A DNA stretch of 62,871 bases, counting the filler, from Neoconidiobolus thromboides FSU 785 (Eukaryota > Fungi > Entomophthoromycota): the NCBI GenBank assembly GCA_025603075.1. It is 4 parts of 4 records of this genome, joined end to end, with 100 filler letters (N's around TTAATTAATTAA, not from the genome) between each part and the next. Parts side by side here need not be neighbours in the genome. Positions count along the whole stretch, not along the records: positions 1 to 31,536 come from MU626478.1; 3 more parts are not named here. One strand, 5' to 3'. The translations under genes and the position numbers were made by a program. Below the pieces are notes generated by a model that had not been told where the DNA came from, searched no databases, and worked only from the letters and a program-made list of their open reading frames with translations. Below, one piece after another: positions 1 to 13,772 of this stretch. Position 1 is the first letter of the stretch. Every line of letters begins with the position of its first letter.

Positions 1-84
1 TTTGTTCAAGAATTTTGCTAACAATCTTTCCACTCAAATAACGCTTAAAAAATCGAAAAGTAATGAAACCAAAAAAATATCCTC
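1..84 (+). mobile_element. MITE family copy, left end cut by window edge
   Basis: Matches the core 'aagaattttgctaacaa...tcaaata(g/a)cgcttaa...gaaaagtaatgaa.ccaaaaaaa.atcc' seen at 45845-45943 and 58730-58826. Confidence 0.75.
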
Positions 85-1088
85 AAATAATGATGATATT
101 TATCAAAAATAAATTAACAAATAGTTAAAAGGTAAGTAATTGTAATAATAAACAAAAACTGTTATTATACTGCTCTTATTCTTTCTTATGTAGCTATTTA
201 TTGACTTAGTGATATGTTAATAATATAATTATAATATTAAAATTATTTATTTATTTATTTATTTAATAGCAAATCTGCAACGTTAACTATAAAGCAGTCA
301 ATAATAAATATCTCTGAATGAGGTTTTACAAAAATATTTATTTATTTAAATAATATAAATTTGATTAATATCGATATATATATTATATTAGCAAAAGTCT
401 TTTTGATCCGGGAATTTCTATTAAATTTAATAGAAATTTTGTTTAACCTATAAATTATAAATAAAATGATCTAAAACTATGCTGTGGGTACTTTTGCTTT
501 AATAAAAAATTTACTTTTACAGGATTTTAAGCAGTTTTTAAACTCTAAAATATCTAAAAGTTGGATAAAAAAATGCAACCAACTTAGACATCCCCATATC
601 TCAATTAAATCACTATTAAAGATGAATTTTTATAGCAAAAGCTAAGTAATTACTTGTAGGGTTTTTTCAAGTATACCTGTTTAAAAACAACTTTATTTTT
701 AAAAATTTAATTTTAAAGTAAACATTCTACACAAATTATAATTTTTAATTATCTCATATAAAATTAATTCTCAATTAGTATTTTAAAATAAGTATCAAAG
801 ATAGCTAAATAAGTATTATAATAAAAAATATCATTATATGCAAACGATATTTTTATTAAAAGCTAAATATCTATTTTCATATAATAATTATTTATACACA
901 ATCTATCATCTATTACACTATTTTCATTATTATAGACTTATTAAACTGCCATATTTCTAAAACAAATCCAAGCCTATGGTGATTAATTTGGGTATTAATT
1001 TTCTAAACTAATTAGATCAAAAGAGGAATTAGTCAGCCAATAAATCGTAATTAGGTCAACAAAATTTACTTTTTTAAAAAAATAACAA

Positions 1089-4000
1089 ATGTCAGATATT
1101 AGTGATGATTTAGAAGGAAATGTAGACTGGGATAGTTTACATAGTGAATTTGAGGATTATTTATTAAAGTTACCAATAATATATAATTGCCGATTTGATA
1201 GATCTGTAGCTGTTAAAATTTATAGTCAATTATCTCATTACTTAGGTTTGAATAAATATGTTTATGACGAAGAAAAAGATAAATTTAGTTATGAAGATAC
1301 TGGTCCTCATATTAGTCAGGACCCTAACGCTGTTAGAAGAGGTCGTTTATGCGGCAAATTATTTAAAAAAGGAGATCCTGTTTATCGTTGCAGGTAAATT
1401 ATTTTTTATGGTTTAATTTAAATAGTTTTATAGTAATATTATTGAATAATATAATAAATAACATCAAATAAATAGGGATTGTAGTCTTGATCCAAATAAT
1501 GCTATTTGTTCCATTTGTTTTGAAGCTGGGCAACATGAAGGTCATGATGTTTACATATTATTACATAATACTAGAGATAATTTTTGTGGCTGTGGGGATC
1601 CAGAGCTTTGGAAAGATGGGTCCTTATGTGGCTACCATGATCCAGAACATCCTAATACTACGGAGATGATTGATCGAATGATTCCAAGCATTAATTTAAG
1701 GTCATTTAAAGTATTTTTTACAGTTTGTTTAGATTTCATTATTAAAATCTATGAACATTCCCCAGAAAGTATATTTTCTGAACGAAGTTTCAAACAATTG
1801 TTTAAGGATGAAAGAAAATTTTATAAAGCATTTTCAAAGATACCATATGCGTCATTAAGCAAAGAATATGCTTTAGTGGTATTTGATGATGACCATCATA
1901 CAGCCCAAGAGTTTGAACGACTTTATCAAAAAGCAACAGGGCTTAGCGAAGAGGCATGTAGAAATGATCGAGTTGAGTTTGGAGAAGTAGGTAGAAAAGT
2001 GGTTGAAATTTCCTCCGATTTAGAAATGTTAACAGAAACATCACATCATTTTACAAAGGCAGCTTATCATTGTACAATACGTTCAGCATTAAGTGTGTTT
2101 TATGAAGAAGTTTCAATGGCCATTGTTCACTATATAACTTTACTTGTCGAATGTCAAGAATTTAATTTCTTCTTGGATGGTATACTTTATGATGCTTTTT
2201 TAGATTCATTTGCTACTCAACTTTGTTCCCCTCGTAATATCAGATTTAATATACCAACAAATGTAAAAGCATCTAAAAGATACTATGATAGTAAACCCAC
2301 ACAAGACGACTTTAATAGTAACTATGATGATATGTCAAATAGTTCAAATGAAATAGTCAATCAAAATGACATGAATGAACATGATGATATAGATATAGAA
2401 AATGATCCAATAGATTCATTTACTATCACAGAAGAAGAAGAAATTGGGTATATGAGTGGTGAATCAATAGACGAAAAAGATGAAGGTCTTCCTGAAGGTC
2501 TCATATCTTTAGAAGATCCTGCAAAATATACTGGATCCCTTTATGATATAAAATTAGATGATGAAACGCCCTTTTATTTTCCATCCAAAAACCCAATTTA
2601 TGAAGAAAATCGTAGCGATTTTCCAAGACCTCCATTAACTGTTTCAAAATATCGTTTAGATTGGATTTTGGCTTTAGATACTTTATTCCCTAAAAGGATG
2701 CGAAGAGAAATCCACCAATTATTAATATATTCCCCTTTAATTTCTGACAAAGAGAGAAGAGAAGCAATAGCACCTCATTTTTTTGTGAACTATCGTACTT
2801 ATCTTTTAGGCTCAAAAATAAGAAAACCTCAATACGTACAAGGTATGCTTGGTTTTACAGTTCACCTTTTGACTAGGCCAAGCATTGCTAAACAACTTGT
2901 AGATCGGATGAATTTTTTACCTTACCTCTTTGCATTATTAGAAAGATTTTTTCAGCCATATGAAATAGGGGAAGACAAACTTGATGATCGATTTTCAGTT
3001 GTAAGTGCCTCATTTATAGAAATATTACCAATATTTTCATTTCATACACCCTTTAAATCTTTAACTCATTCTGAGTTTAAAAATAAGCTATTTTCAATTG
3101 TTTTGCAAAATTTACATTATTTATTGGAACAACAAGAAGTTCAAAGATATGTATTTAAGAACCCATTAAATGTTGCCGCTTTTTTACACTTCTTAACATA
3201 TTTTCAAGGGATGAACGCGGCTGGTAGACTAAAAGATACTCATGTTGAATATGAAAATGAAGCTTATATGGCTGCATTTGAAATTTCATTTTACATTTAT
3301 CGTATTATTAGACCTTTTTGTTCTTCTTATAGACATTCTACGTTATATTTGGCTAAAGCTTTAAGAAGAACAATTTATAAAATAGATTATTGGATAAGTA
3401 GAGGAGGTGAAAGTTCAAATGGGGATACAATTGGTGGAGATTATTGTGTCAAGTTTGCTAAACATCGGGGGTTAAATGATGAGGCTTATGATATTGTTGA
3501 TTTTAGTGTGGATGATGGTGAAGAGATATCATTTCATTACCCATTACATTGGTTTTTATCTTTATTGCTTCATAATGTTAATGCTCTTGATAGTAAGATG
3601 TTACAAGAAATAGGCTTTGTAGATATAAATCATCTTTTGATTGGAGTTAGATCTGAAGATTCACGTTACGAAGCTAATCTACAACGAATTCAAGCCATTT
3701 TTGATTACCCATTAAGATCCATTGTACTTTCTTCTCAAATTCGTGTCAACCTTTGGGTTCGTAATGGACAATCTGTTAGAGCCCAATGCTATAGTTACAG
3801 GGATATGACAGATTCCTTATTCTATTTAGATCTTTTTATGTTACAGTATATGTTAATAATATTTCCGCCAAAAATTGCTTTGTTCACATTGTTAGAGCGA
3901 TTCGGATTATCTAGGTTGGTATCATTTAGTGAAGGGCATCCAGTTTATGATGAAAGTCAATATAAAGAAATTGTTTTGGATTTCTTTGGTATATTTATCT

Positions 4001-7000
4001 ATTGCCTTACTGAAAGAGGAAAGCTAGTCAATGATAGTGCTACTGAAGAATTACGGAGAGAATTGTTGCACAATACATTGAAACCAATTTCATTTACAGA
4101 CTTGGATAGATTATTGCCGGATCGATTATTAGAAGAATGTAATGTTAAAAAGATATTAAGTGAATTATGTACGTTTAAGCCCCCAGAAACGCAAAAGGAT
4201 TCTGGATTATATACTCTAAAAAAGGAATTTTATAAAGAAGTCAACCCTTATTATTTTGTAAGTAATAGAAATGCCCGTGATCATGCCGAACAATTATTGA
4301 AGAAAGACTTGGAAAAAACTGAATATTATTCGGTTCCTTATTTAAAAGAAGTACTAGTTGGACCATTTAAGTTAATTGGTGATATTTTACATGAAAAATG
4401 GATGTCTTGTATAATATTTATGACACTTTATCATGCTTTAAAAAAATTCAAATCAAATTCATTATTAAATGATGTGCTTTATTTATATTTAATAGCTGCT
4501 CAAGATTTGAATAACTCTATTAATGTAAGAGATTTATTTACTCAACCTGAGGACAGTGTTGGAGGTTTATGGACATATACACAAAACCTTGATTTTCCTT
4601 TCGAAGATACAGAAAATGGGGCTCCAACTACAAGAACAATTGTTGATTTGCTGCTACTATTTGTCGGAAACTCGGAATTTGAAACAAGTCATCCAAAAAC
4701 CTGGCATGTTCTTAGTTTGATTGAAAAATATTCAGGTAATGGAGCAAAAAATAAAATAGCAAGCTTCCGTAGCACTTTCCAAGCGAGTCTAAAAACAGAT
4801 TCAAAGGACGTAGAGTTTGAAAGAAAGAAAGCTGAAGCTAAAGCTAGATTAGCAAAAGTAAGGCAACATTTTGCATATGAACAAAAGAATTTTATGACAA
4901 ATCAACAGGCACTTTATGATGATGTTACTCTTGATGGTGAAGCTTATGTTGAAGGAATAAACAATGAACCAATCGATCAATCAGAGATACCATTTTTAAC
5001 TGGAAATTGCTTGATATGTGCTGAAGCAGGATCAACCAATGACCCTTATGGGATTTTAGCATATGTACAACCATCTAAAATACTTAGTACATTAACATTT
5101 GATGAGTTAGATATTATATCTACAGTTAAATTAGAAGAGGGGCTATCCCTATTTAAACCAAAACATTTCCCAACTAAAGCACAATGTATTGAGTCATCTA
5201 ATAAACAAGGAGATTTACAACATCCACCTGGTACTGATGGTACACAATATGGGTTTCATATATCATCCTGTGGACACATGTTACATCTCAAATGTATGGA
5301 TGAACATTATAAGCAATTAGAACAAAGACTTAACTCCAACCCAGCACGCTGTCATGTTGAAAATTTAAGTTTACGTGAAATTGTTTGCCCACTATGTAAA
5401 TCCATATGTAATACCATACTCCCTATAAAGGGCAACTTAGGAAAAGCACATTGGATGGCGGAATCTAAACTACCTGATGAAGAAGTTTGGTATGATAAAT
5501 TTAAAAAAGCAACCACAACAGTAATAGATAAATTTAATGAAGTTTATCCAGAACAAGCATTAAATAGTCGAGCTGCTTTTAATAATCCATTATTAAGTCC
5601 AATTACATCAAAGCCATTTTATTTTGAAATCGATCCCCCATTAATTACACCCTTTCAAGGTAATATTCATGTAGGTTTAAATGAACCATTATCATTGGAA
5701 GGTAATCCATTTCCATTTACAGCACTTCAATCAAGACGTCGTGCAACAGTATTAAGTCCATCACGTACAGGTTTAATGATTAATGAATTTATGGAGAATA
5801 TTACTAAAACAATGAATGTAAACAATGGGGATCCATTAAAGAATAAACAATTACATGAATATTTTAAGCCACAAAAACCAACTCAATTAATTAATGAATA
5901 TAAATTTGATGCAAATGAAGAATTTGTTAATGGCTTATTTAAGTTTATAGATATATTTAGGGTATGTTATTCTCAAAGGGATAAATTACCTCATTATATG
6001 TCTTCTTGGAGGGAATATTTCCAATCAAAAAATTTGTTAGATCCAATAATCAATGGATTATTGTATACGATATCCCTAGTTGAAGTATCTGATCGTACTA
6101 AAGAACCTTCTGCTTTATCAATTGAGCCTACATTTATTATAGACAGGATACCTAACATTACACATAATTTATTAATAGTATTATGGAATACAATATTAGA
6201 GATATCTCAACTTTCAGGTGCTAACTTTGAACCTTATAATTTTAAAAGGAGTATCAGTCATCTTGGGCAAATTTTTAATTTTTCTAAATTATCTGTATTA
6301 AATTGTGATCCATTTCATTTATTATTAGAATTCTCAATGACAATTGTTCCACTGTTTAAATTAGATATTCGTTACATTGTCAAATTATTATTAATGATTG
6401 TTGTTACTAAGTTAGTTGTTGGTATTTTATCATCTGCCTTTTCACCGTTACAAGATGAAACAATTGAAGGTGAACCAAACCATGGATTTGAAAAGTCATT
6501 ATATGACCTATTCCATTTAGTTGCTGTAACTGGGCTTGGTATCCGACCAGGTATTTTTTCACAACTTTGGGAATCAAAGGGTGTTAAATTTTCTTATTCT
6601 TTCTTTTATCAAAGTGTGCTTGTTTTTATGCGTAAAGTAGTATTATTTTTAGAAGCAGTCCAAGTACCCCTTCATCGCTCTGAAGACGATTTTGAAGATA
6701 TAGATGAATTGACTCAGTTACTTAACAGCATTTACTTAGAGGATTTCCCTACTTTAATTAAAAATGTATTCCAAAATGAGGAATATAGAAGTTTAATTGT
6801 TGAATGGTGTAAATCGTATGTAGAAACAAAGCGTAGGGCTTCAATTTCTTATGAATACCCTTATCCATATAAGTTGTTCCCATTACCTGAGGAGTTTTAT
6901 TCTTTGTTTACAGCATGTCGAAATGTAATTTGTATGAATTGTAATCGTCCACCTACCAACCCTGGCATCTGTCTTATTTGTGGTACAGTGATCTGTTTAC

Positions 7001-7380
7001 AAGCTGATTGTTGTCGAGTGGATGAAGAAGGAGAAGCTAATCAACATAAACGTGCCTGTGCTGGTACTATAGGCATGTATTTAGGTATCAATTCAGGCTC
7101 ATTGTTGATGTTCCATCACATCAATGGCTCCTTTTATGCAGCACCTTACCTTGATTTTCATGGAGAAACAGATATTGAATTAAGGTAATTAATAGCCATT
7201 ATAATGAATTTTACTTAAATTATATTAATTTTTATAAATAATAGGCGAGGAAATCAATTGTATTTAAATAAGAAGAGACATGATTATTATTTAAAATTAT
7301 ATTTGAATCATCAAATACCACAAATCATTGGAAGACGATTAGAATCTAATATTGATAATGGGGGATGGGAAACATTTTAA
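1089..7380 (+). CDS. UBR1: N-end-rule E3 ubiquitin ligase (UBR1/UBR2 family), 3 exons: 1089-1393, 1476-7184, 7245-7380
   Basis: Splicing at GT-AG restores the UBR box (LCGKLFKKGDPVYRCRDCSLDPNNAICSICF...HEGH...CGCGD). Also present: RING (CLIC...SCGHMLH..C...CPLC) and C-terminal Cys/His domain ending APYLDFHGETDIELRRGNQLYL...GGWETF*. Confidence 0.95.
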
Positions 7381-7572
7381 CTGTAAGAAAGTTTTAAAAA
7401 ATATAGGACAAACTAATTCTATTATTTTAATAAAATTTGAATAAAATAACAAAATATAATATTGAAATACTAAAGTGATCTTGTAAGGAAATAATTAGTT
7501 TAATTTAAAGAAAAAGCTACAAAAACCAATGGAATCTAATAATAATGAATTTTATATAAAATAATTTAAATA

Positions 7573-10500
7573 TTAAGTTTTAGTTGATTCATTATTATTA
7601 ACACTATTTGATTTATCCCCTACTAAAAGCCAACCTAAATCTGAGCCTCCTTCTTCATTTTCAGATAATATTGATGTATTTATTAAGCTTTCGCCTGTTT
7701 TTTCACTTTCCTTATTTAGCCTTGAACGTGAATATTCTAAATCTCTGTATATGAAATTGATAGCATTTTCAACTCCATTTTCCTAATTAGCAAATAAATA
7801 AACATTTCAATCTATTAAATATAGTATATAATAACTTACGGATCTAATCTGTCTCCCTACTAATGAAGCTTTTTCTACCATTCTTGGTTCAGAGATATCT
7901 TTAAGTGCTTGTACTAATTTATTCAAAGTAAGCTTCTTTAAATAAATGCCTACTCCCATACGCTCTACTTGCATAGCCCAAAAATATTGATCCCCAAAGA
8001 AGGGCTTAATAATGCAAGGCACCCCAGCCCTCAATCCAGCAGCAGTTGTACCAGCACCACCATGATGCATCACACCAGCTACTTTAGGAAATAACCAATC
8101 ATGAGGTACAGAATCTATACGTAATATATTTTTAGGGTATTGAATTGGTTCGAAATTTTCTTTATCTTTAATCATTCTGCTTGACCATCCTTCAGATAGT
8201 AATATCTTGACGTTAGCCTCAACGGCTGCATTGATAATGGTCTGTATTGTCTCTCTTGGGTCGGGTACTGTTATAGAACCAAACCCAATATATATCGGTT
8301 TATCTCCATTGAACAAGAAATCATTAAGCTCGTTTGACGGTGTCCAACCTGGGTTGGGGTCATCTAAGAAAAAGAAACCACAACAATGGATCCAGTCATG
8401 CCAATCAAAAGGTGGCGGTGCTATTGCTGGTGAGAATGAATACAAATAAGGCACACGATGTTGATTGAGTTGTTCAAGAGAAGTAGAACTTAAGTTTAAT
8501 GATTTTTTTCGCCAATTATTAATCTGCCATGAAGTACCCTTCCAAAGCACCTGCTCAATAAGCACATATGTCATATAATTATAAGATCCTCCCATCTGGT
8601 GCTCGGGTATAGCAAATGGGTGTGGGAATGCTCTGGTACGTGTCCATGGCATTGTAAAACAGCCAAAGAAGGGGATGTTTAGTTTTTCAGCAATATGAAT
8701 ACCGGCCATTGCTGTTGGTGATTCAAGTAAGATATCTGTGTTTTGGCATGCTTCCCAGCTTGATTCCAGTAACTCATCGATCCAACCTCTGAACTTTGAT
8801 ACACCTTCTTTCCAAAATGATATTGATAGCATACCATTATCAACACACAACTTTATCAATTCTCCTGGGTCTCCAGCAATTACTCGAAACTCAATACCAT
8901 GGCTTTCGACCCAGTCTTTATATTCGGCATGTGTAGCAATACGGCATGTATGGCCATGTTTCATTAGCCCTTTACATAAAGCAATAAATGGCTGTACATC
9001 ACCACGTGTACCAATAGTTAGACAAGTGATATGCATTGGACCACAAGGTGGCTTATTTGATAGCAATTCATTGACTCTATTAGGATTCTTTGGGATGATA
9101 GGTAAATTTGTACTGTGTACGTCGTATTCCTGTATCCATCTATTATTTTGGTTTATTATGCTTCCTATTTCTGCTTCATTGTCATCTATTCTAGTTATAT
9201 CATTGGCATTGTTATTAATATTTGCATTGCTATCTTCATGTGATAATTGCTTCATTTGTTCAAGTAAAATATCTATTATTTTATCACGAGTTTTTGATGA
9301 TCGAAATTCTAAAAAGATTTCTTGTGAACTGATTGTTTCAATAGACAATCCATGATGTAATAAACGTAATCCAGGTTGATTCTGAACCAATCTCAAATCA
9401 GATATTGGTATCATGACTTTAATTGTCATTCCTACTAATCGGGAGTAGAAACATACAAAGTTCTGAGTAACAATCAATCTTCCCCACCTAGGTACTACTC
9501 TTAATAGTAAACAACCTGAGGTACATAAAACAGCTTCAGTATTTGGTAAAGCAAATTCTTTAAGCACTGTTTCTTCACTAGGTAAAAATGTTTCAAGTGT
9601 AGGTGTATTAATATTTGGAAAGTTAAAAAAGGAAGCTGATTGTTCATTATTTTCTGATAAATAGTTATCAAATGGGGAGGATGACAATGCAGTTTCTAAA
9701 TTTTCATCAGAATTTGTTTTATTATTTGAATCCATTGAATGAGATTTACTAATACTATTTCCTTTAAGGGTTGAGGTTAGATTAGGTAATTTAAGCCAGT
9801 TACTAAACTTGAAATCTAAACTTGATCCCTTTGAATGCCTCTTTTTTAGCTTTTCATTTGAAGATTGACTCTTTAATTCTCCTTTTTCTTGTATTTTTTC
9901 ATTTTCGCTTTCATTTTTCTTTTCAATATGTTTTTTGTTTTTTGTTTCGTTTTCATCTTCATCATCACTATGATTAGTATCTGATAAAGCTTCTTTAAAC
10001 ACCATAAAATCATCTGGATTAAAATCTGAAAATGAACTTCTTCTTGAACTAGAAGCTGATTTTGTATTTTTACCAAATCTTAGTTGTCTAGGAACGAATT
10101 TTAGAATTGATTTTGGACTGAGTAATCCTTCCTCTTTATTGTCTTCACTATTCAATGCATCATCTAAATCTTCGTGCCCTTGGGAATCAATTGTCAGTAA
10201 AGGTAACGATCTCAAAGCATTATTTTGTTCATCTTGAAAGTTTGAATCGTTATTCCCATGATCAAATGGAATTCCTTTTATATTTTTGAAATTTTGTGAT
10301 TTTGGGTTTTTAATATAATATTCTTTTACAATTTCTTGACAACATTTTAATGCTTCTTTTCCTTTTTCAAAAAATACAAAATAATGCTAGATTAAATAAA
10401 TTATATTGCAGATTATATAAGTATGGATAAACTTACATCATCCATTGCAAAATTAGCTTCAACCGATTTGATTCTTAATGTTTCGGCAAAATTAAAGGTT

Positions 10501-11708
10501 GGATTCAATTCAGCATCAACTATTGAATTTATAGGAATAATAATCTAGTATAGTAATAATCAATACAGTACATCTTAATATTAATTACAATATTACTTTA
10601 ATATGATCACTGTGTTTTGCTTTAAATACTGCTTTTTTAATAGCATTGATCCTAAATGATATTATTTATTAATTATTTGATTTAATCCTATTAATTACCA
10701 TTCTTTTAATGAAACTTCAGTATCTGTCTGTAAAGAATGTTTTTTATTAACTGTTATTATTTTAAATCCAAAGGGTTTTGAATTTGATCGTTGAATAGAA
10801 AGCACTGACTTTAAATCAATCATCCCATAAGGACAGTAAACATCCTAATACATTAATATATTATTACAATCACTAAGCAAAAAAGTACCAATGAGTTTTC
10901 AAAATATGAGAGTGAATAATCTCTTAGTACAAACCAATATACTGAAGAGTACGCTGCATTAGCTTTACGTGTTAAAAATCCCGATTTAATAACTTCATTC
11001 TAAATTAAGCTTAATTAAAGTCAATTAATTTATGAAATACATACTGTTTTTCTAGGAATATTTGCATAATACAGGAGATGGTTTTTAGTGACATATAAAT
11101 TTCCTTGTAATAATACACTACTCATTAACCAGCAAGGAAATTCTATGTTTTCATTGTTTTAATAAGATAAAAATTCAATTTTAGATCGTGTATATTACCT
11201 TGCATTAATTCCTCTGCTTTATTTAATGAAAATATGGACTGGATCTTCTCCCCTAATGTTTTTTTGTGATAATCTATTGCAGCTTGTTTTTTTATTTCTG
11301 ATGATGTTTTGTTTTCTTTAAATTGATCAAATATTTCATTTGGTAATAAACTATCGATGGAAGAAGTACGCATCATACCAGGCTTCCTTGCTTTTAAATA
11401 GATTAATTTTTAGAATATTCAATTTAAAAAGTGAATTACTTTCTTCTTTAAGATTAAATGTTTTCTTATTGTTAAATATATTCATTGTTTTACTATTTTT
11501 TCGAGGAAAATACCTATCATTAACTTTACTTTCCTTTTCAGTATCTTTTTCAATATTGTTTACATCATTATAGTCATTTTCACTTTTATTTATTTGATTT
11601 TCATCAAATTCTTGTTCTTCCTAATATAATTAGCAACTACTTAACTACAATTTATCCTATTACCATTCTGGAAGCCACATTCAAAAAATTGATCATAGAC
11701 GAGTTCAT
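7573..11708 (-). CDS. ATG26: Sterol 3-beta-glucosyltransferase (GRAM-PH-GRAM-GT1), multi-exon; 5' exon boundaries approximate
   Basis: Motifs TIGTRGDVQPF, HIAEKL, IYIGFGSI, HHGGAGTTAAGLRAGVPCIIKPFFGDQ. Spliced last exon ENGVENAINFIYRDLEYS. Upstream exons encode GRAM (EFPCWLMSSVLLQGNLYVT) and PH (VIKSGFL...YWFVL) segments. Confidence 0.93.
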
Positions 11709-12548
11709 TTTGTATGTAAAACTTAAATATAATTAATTAAAAGCTGATGCCAAGTAACATTCTTAGTGGTTTTTTATTGTCAAATTGTTATGCTTTTTAT
11801 TATCAATTCCTCTGGTTGTTTATTGGTTAAATAAATAACTTTAAATCATTCACGTGTGGCCTAGTTTTAATGAATGCCACGGTTTGGCTTTAAATCATAA
11901 TTCTTTATAATATTCTATTTTGCATTTAAAGAAAATTATCTTAAGTATACAACAAGTTTATAAAGATTAACTTTTATCCGGGTATAATATTTAAATTTAA
12001 TAACTTTAACGTTATCTAGTAATTTAAAGTCTTTCACTAAATAAAACTATTTATAATACTACTTAAGTATAAAAAGTATGACAATTAAAGAACATACTTA
12101 ATACTAATTATTAAGTGTGATTTTAAAAAAGCAGTTATTATGGTAAAGTGTATTTAAAATAATTAAAGTCTATTGATTGTATTAGGTATATGACATCTAA
12201 TAAACTTTTAAAGTGTAAATGTTCGTTCTGATATTATAGAGTGGGTGTTAAATAAACGATAATGTCCCGATTTTGCATAAAAACTGTGAAATTTTGATAT
12301 GCAATCTTTCACCAAACCCACAAGCCTGATTTAGTATATTATTAATTCAAAACGAACAGTTTATTATTTTAGTATTCAAGTTTTCTCTTCAACTTACTAA
12401 TTAGTTACTGTAAAGTTTATTTTAATAAGTATTTACAGATGGTTTTGTAAAGTAAGAATGAAAGTGGCCTCTGTCTGACTTGATCACATAAAATGTGATT
12501 CTTGACCTGAAAGATTCCAAATATTTTTTAAAAATATATATTGTATTG

Positions 12549-13272
12549 TTATAAGTTCAAAATGCTTTTATTTTTTATTTCTATTAAAGATTCGTGATCA
12601 TTTATTTTTACAAAAGACAACAAAAAAGATTTTACTACACTTTTTGCCCTCTTCACATTCCTGACTAATAAAGCGGCCATTAAAGCAAGTTTGAACTTTG
12701 CCATCTGATGAACACTTCTTTTCTTTACCTTCGCAAGCATCAGCTGGGGGTGAAGGAGGAGGGCGAAAGCTTGAAATACCTCTTTGGTTGAATCCACCTT
12801 GTATAGGGTTTTGGAAATTTGGATTGAAGCCACTACCTTGACTTCCAAATTGGTTTCCAGAAGGAGGTACTGAACTAAATGGGTTTTGAAAATTATTTCC
12901 AGTTTGACCAAATGGGTTTTGACTAGTAGGAATACCTTGAAACCCAAAATCTCCTTGCGGGGTATTAAATGAAGGATTCCTTTGAAAATTTTGAAATCCA
13001 CCAGGGCCATTAGCTCCGATAGGAAGGGTAAATGACCTTCCTTTTCCAGACCCGATTCCTTCTGATTCGTTCTCATCAGTAATTAAATCATCACCCTCAC
13101 TTTCAGTGGTAGATGCTTCACCATCTTCCTTTTTTATTTCAGCTGGAATAACTGGTTTCTCTTCAGCTGTTACTGAATCCTGTGGCATTAAATTGTTATT
13201 TAAAGGAATAGCATTGCTATTAGCCTTAACCAGTAAGGTAGTTAAACATAAAATGAGTAAGTGATATTTCAT
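12549..13272 (-). CDS. Secreted protein with N/Q/G/F-rich low-complexity region and C-terminal CBM19-like Cys module; 3' end uncertain (possible intron near 12638)
   Basis: Signal peptide MKYHLLILCLTTLLVKANS, acidic spacer, G/F/Q/N/P-rich tract, then CEGKEKKCSSDGKVQTCFNGRFISQECEEGKKC. Confidence 0.7.
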
Positions 13273-13772
13273 AGTATTATTATAAAATAAATAGAATATA
13301 TTTTACTTGAGTTGTATTTAAATGATAATTATATTTTCATATTTAGATTATTTTAATTTTATGTTCATCTTATTATTAGTGCTAGGCCTGTATATCATTA
13401 CTATAATAAAAATATTAGAATACAATTAATTTGGCTGAAGTTGGAATTGAAATTTAAGTTTTGTAGTATAAAATTGATAGTAAAAGTTATTGATCAACAT
13501 AAAATATTAGAAAATCTTTAAAAATTAAATTGTTAAAAATAGTCAACTAATAAAAAAATATTTTTTTAACTCTAAAAAATTGTAACATATTTATTAATGA
13601 TCTATACGCTTAATAACAGTTTAAAATAATAAAATCATAAAAAATAACTAAATATATTTAAATGTTTATTTTTGAGGTCTTATTAAAAGAATTACTTTAT
13701 ATAACAAGTGCTAAATTTATAGCTTATATTTTATTTTGATTGAGAAGTCTAATTTTTATAAATATAAATTAT

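Noticed and set aside
241-266. Short microsatellites and duplications ((ATTT)n here; 12-mer x2 at ~45761; 10-mer x2 at ~59308)
   Set aside because: Expected slippage products in very AT-rich DNA.
8207-9355. Plus-strand ORFs 8207-8449 and 8738-9355
   Set aside because: Antisense shadows of the conserved ATG26 coding strand with no recognisable motifs.
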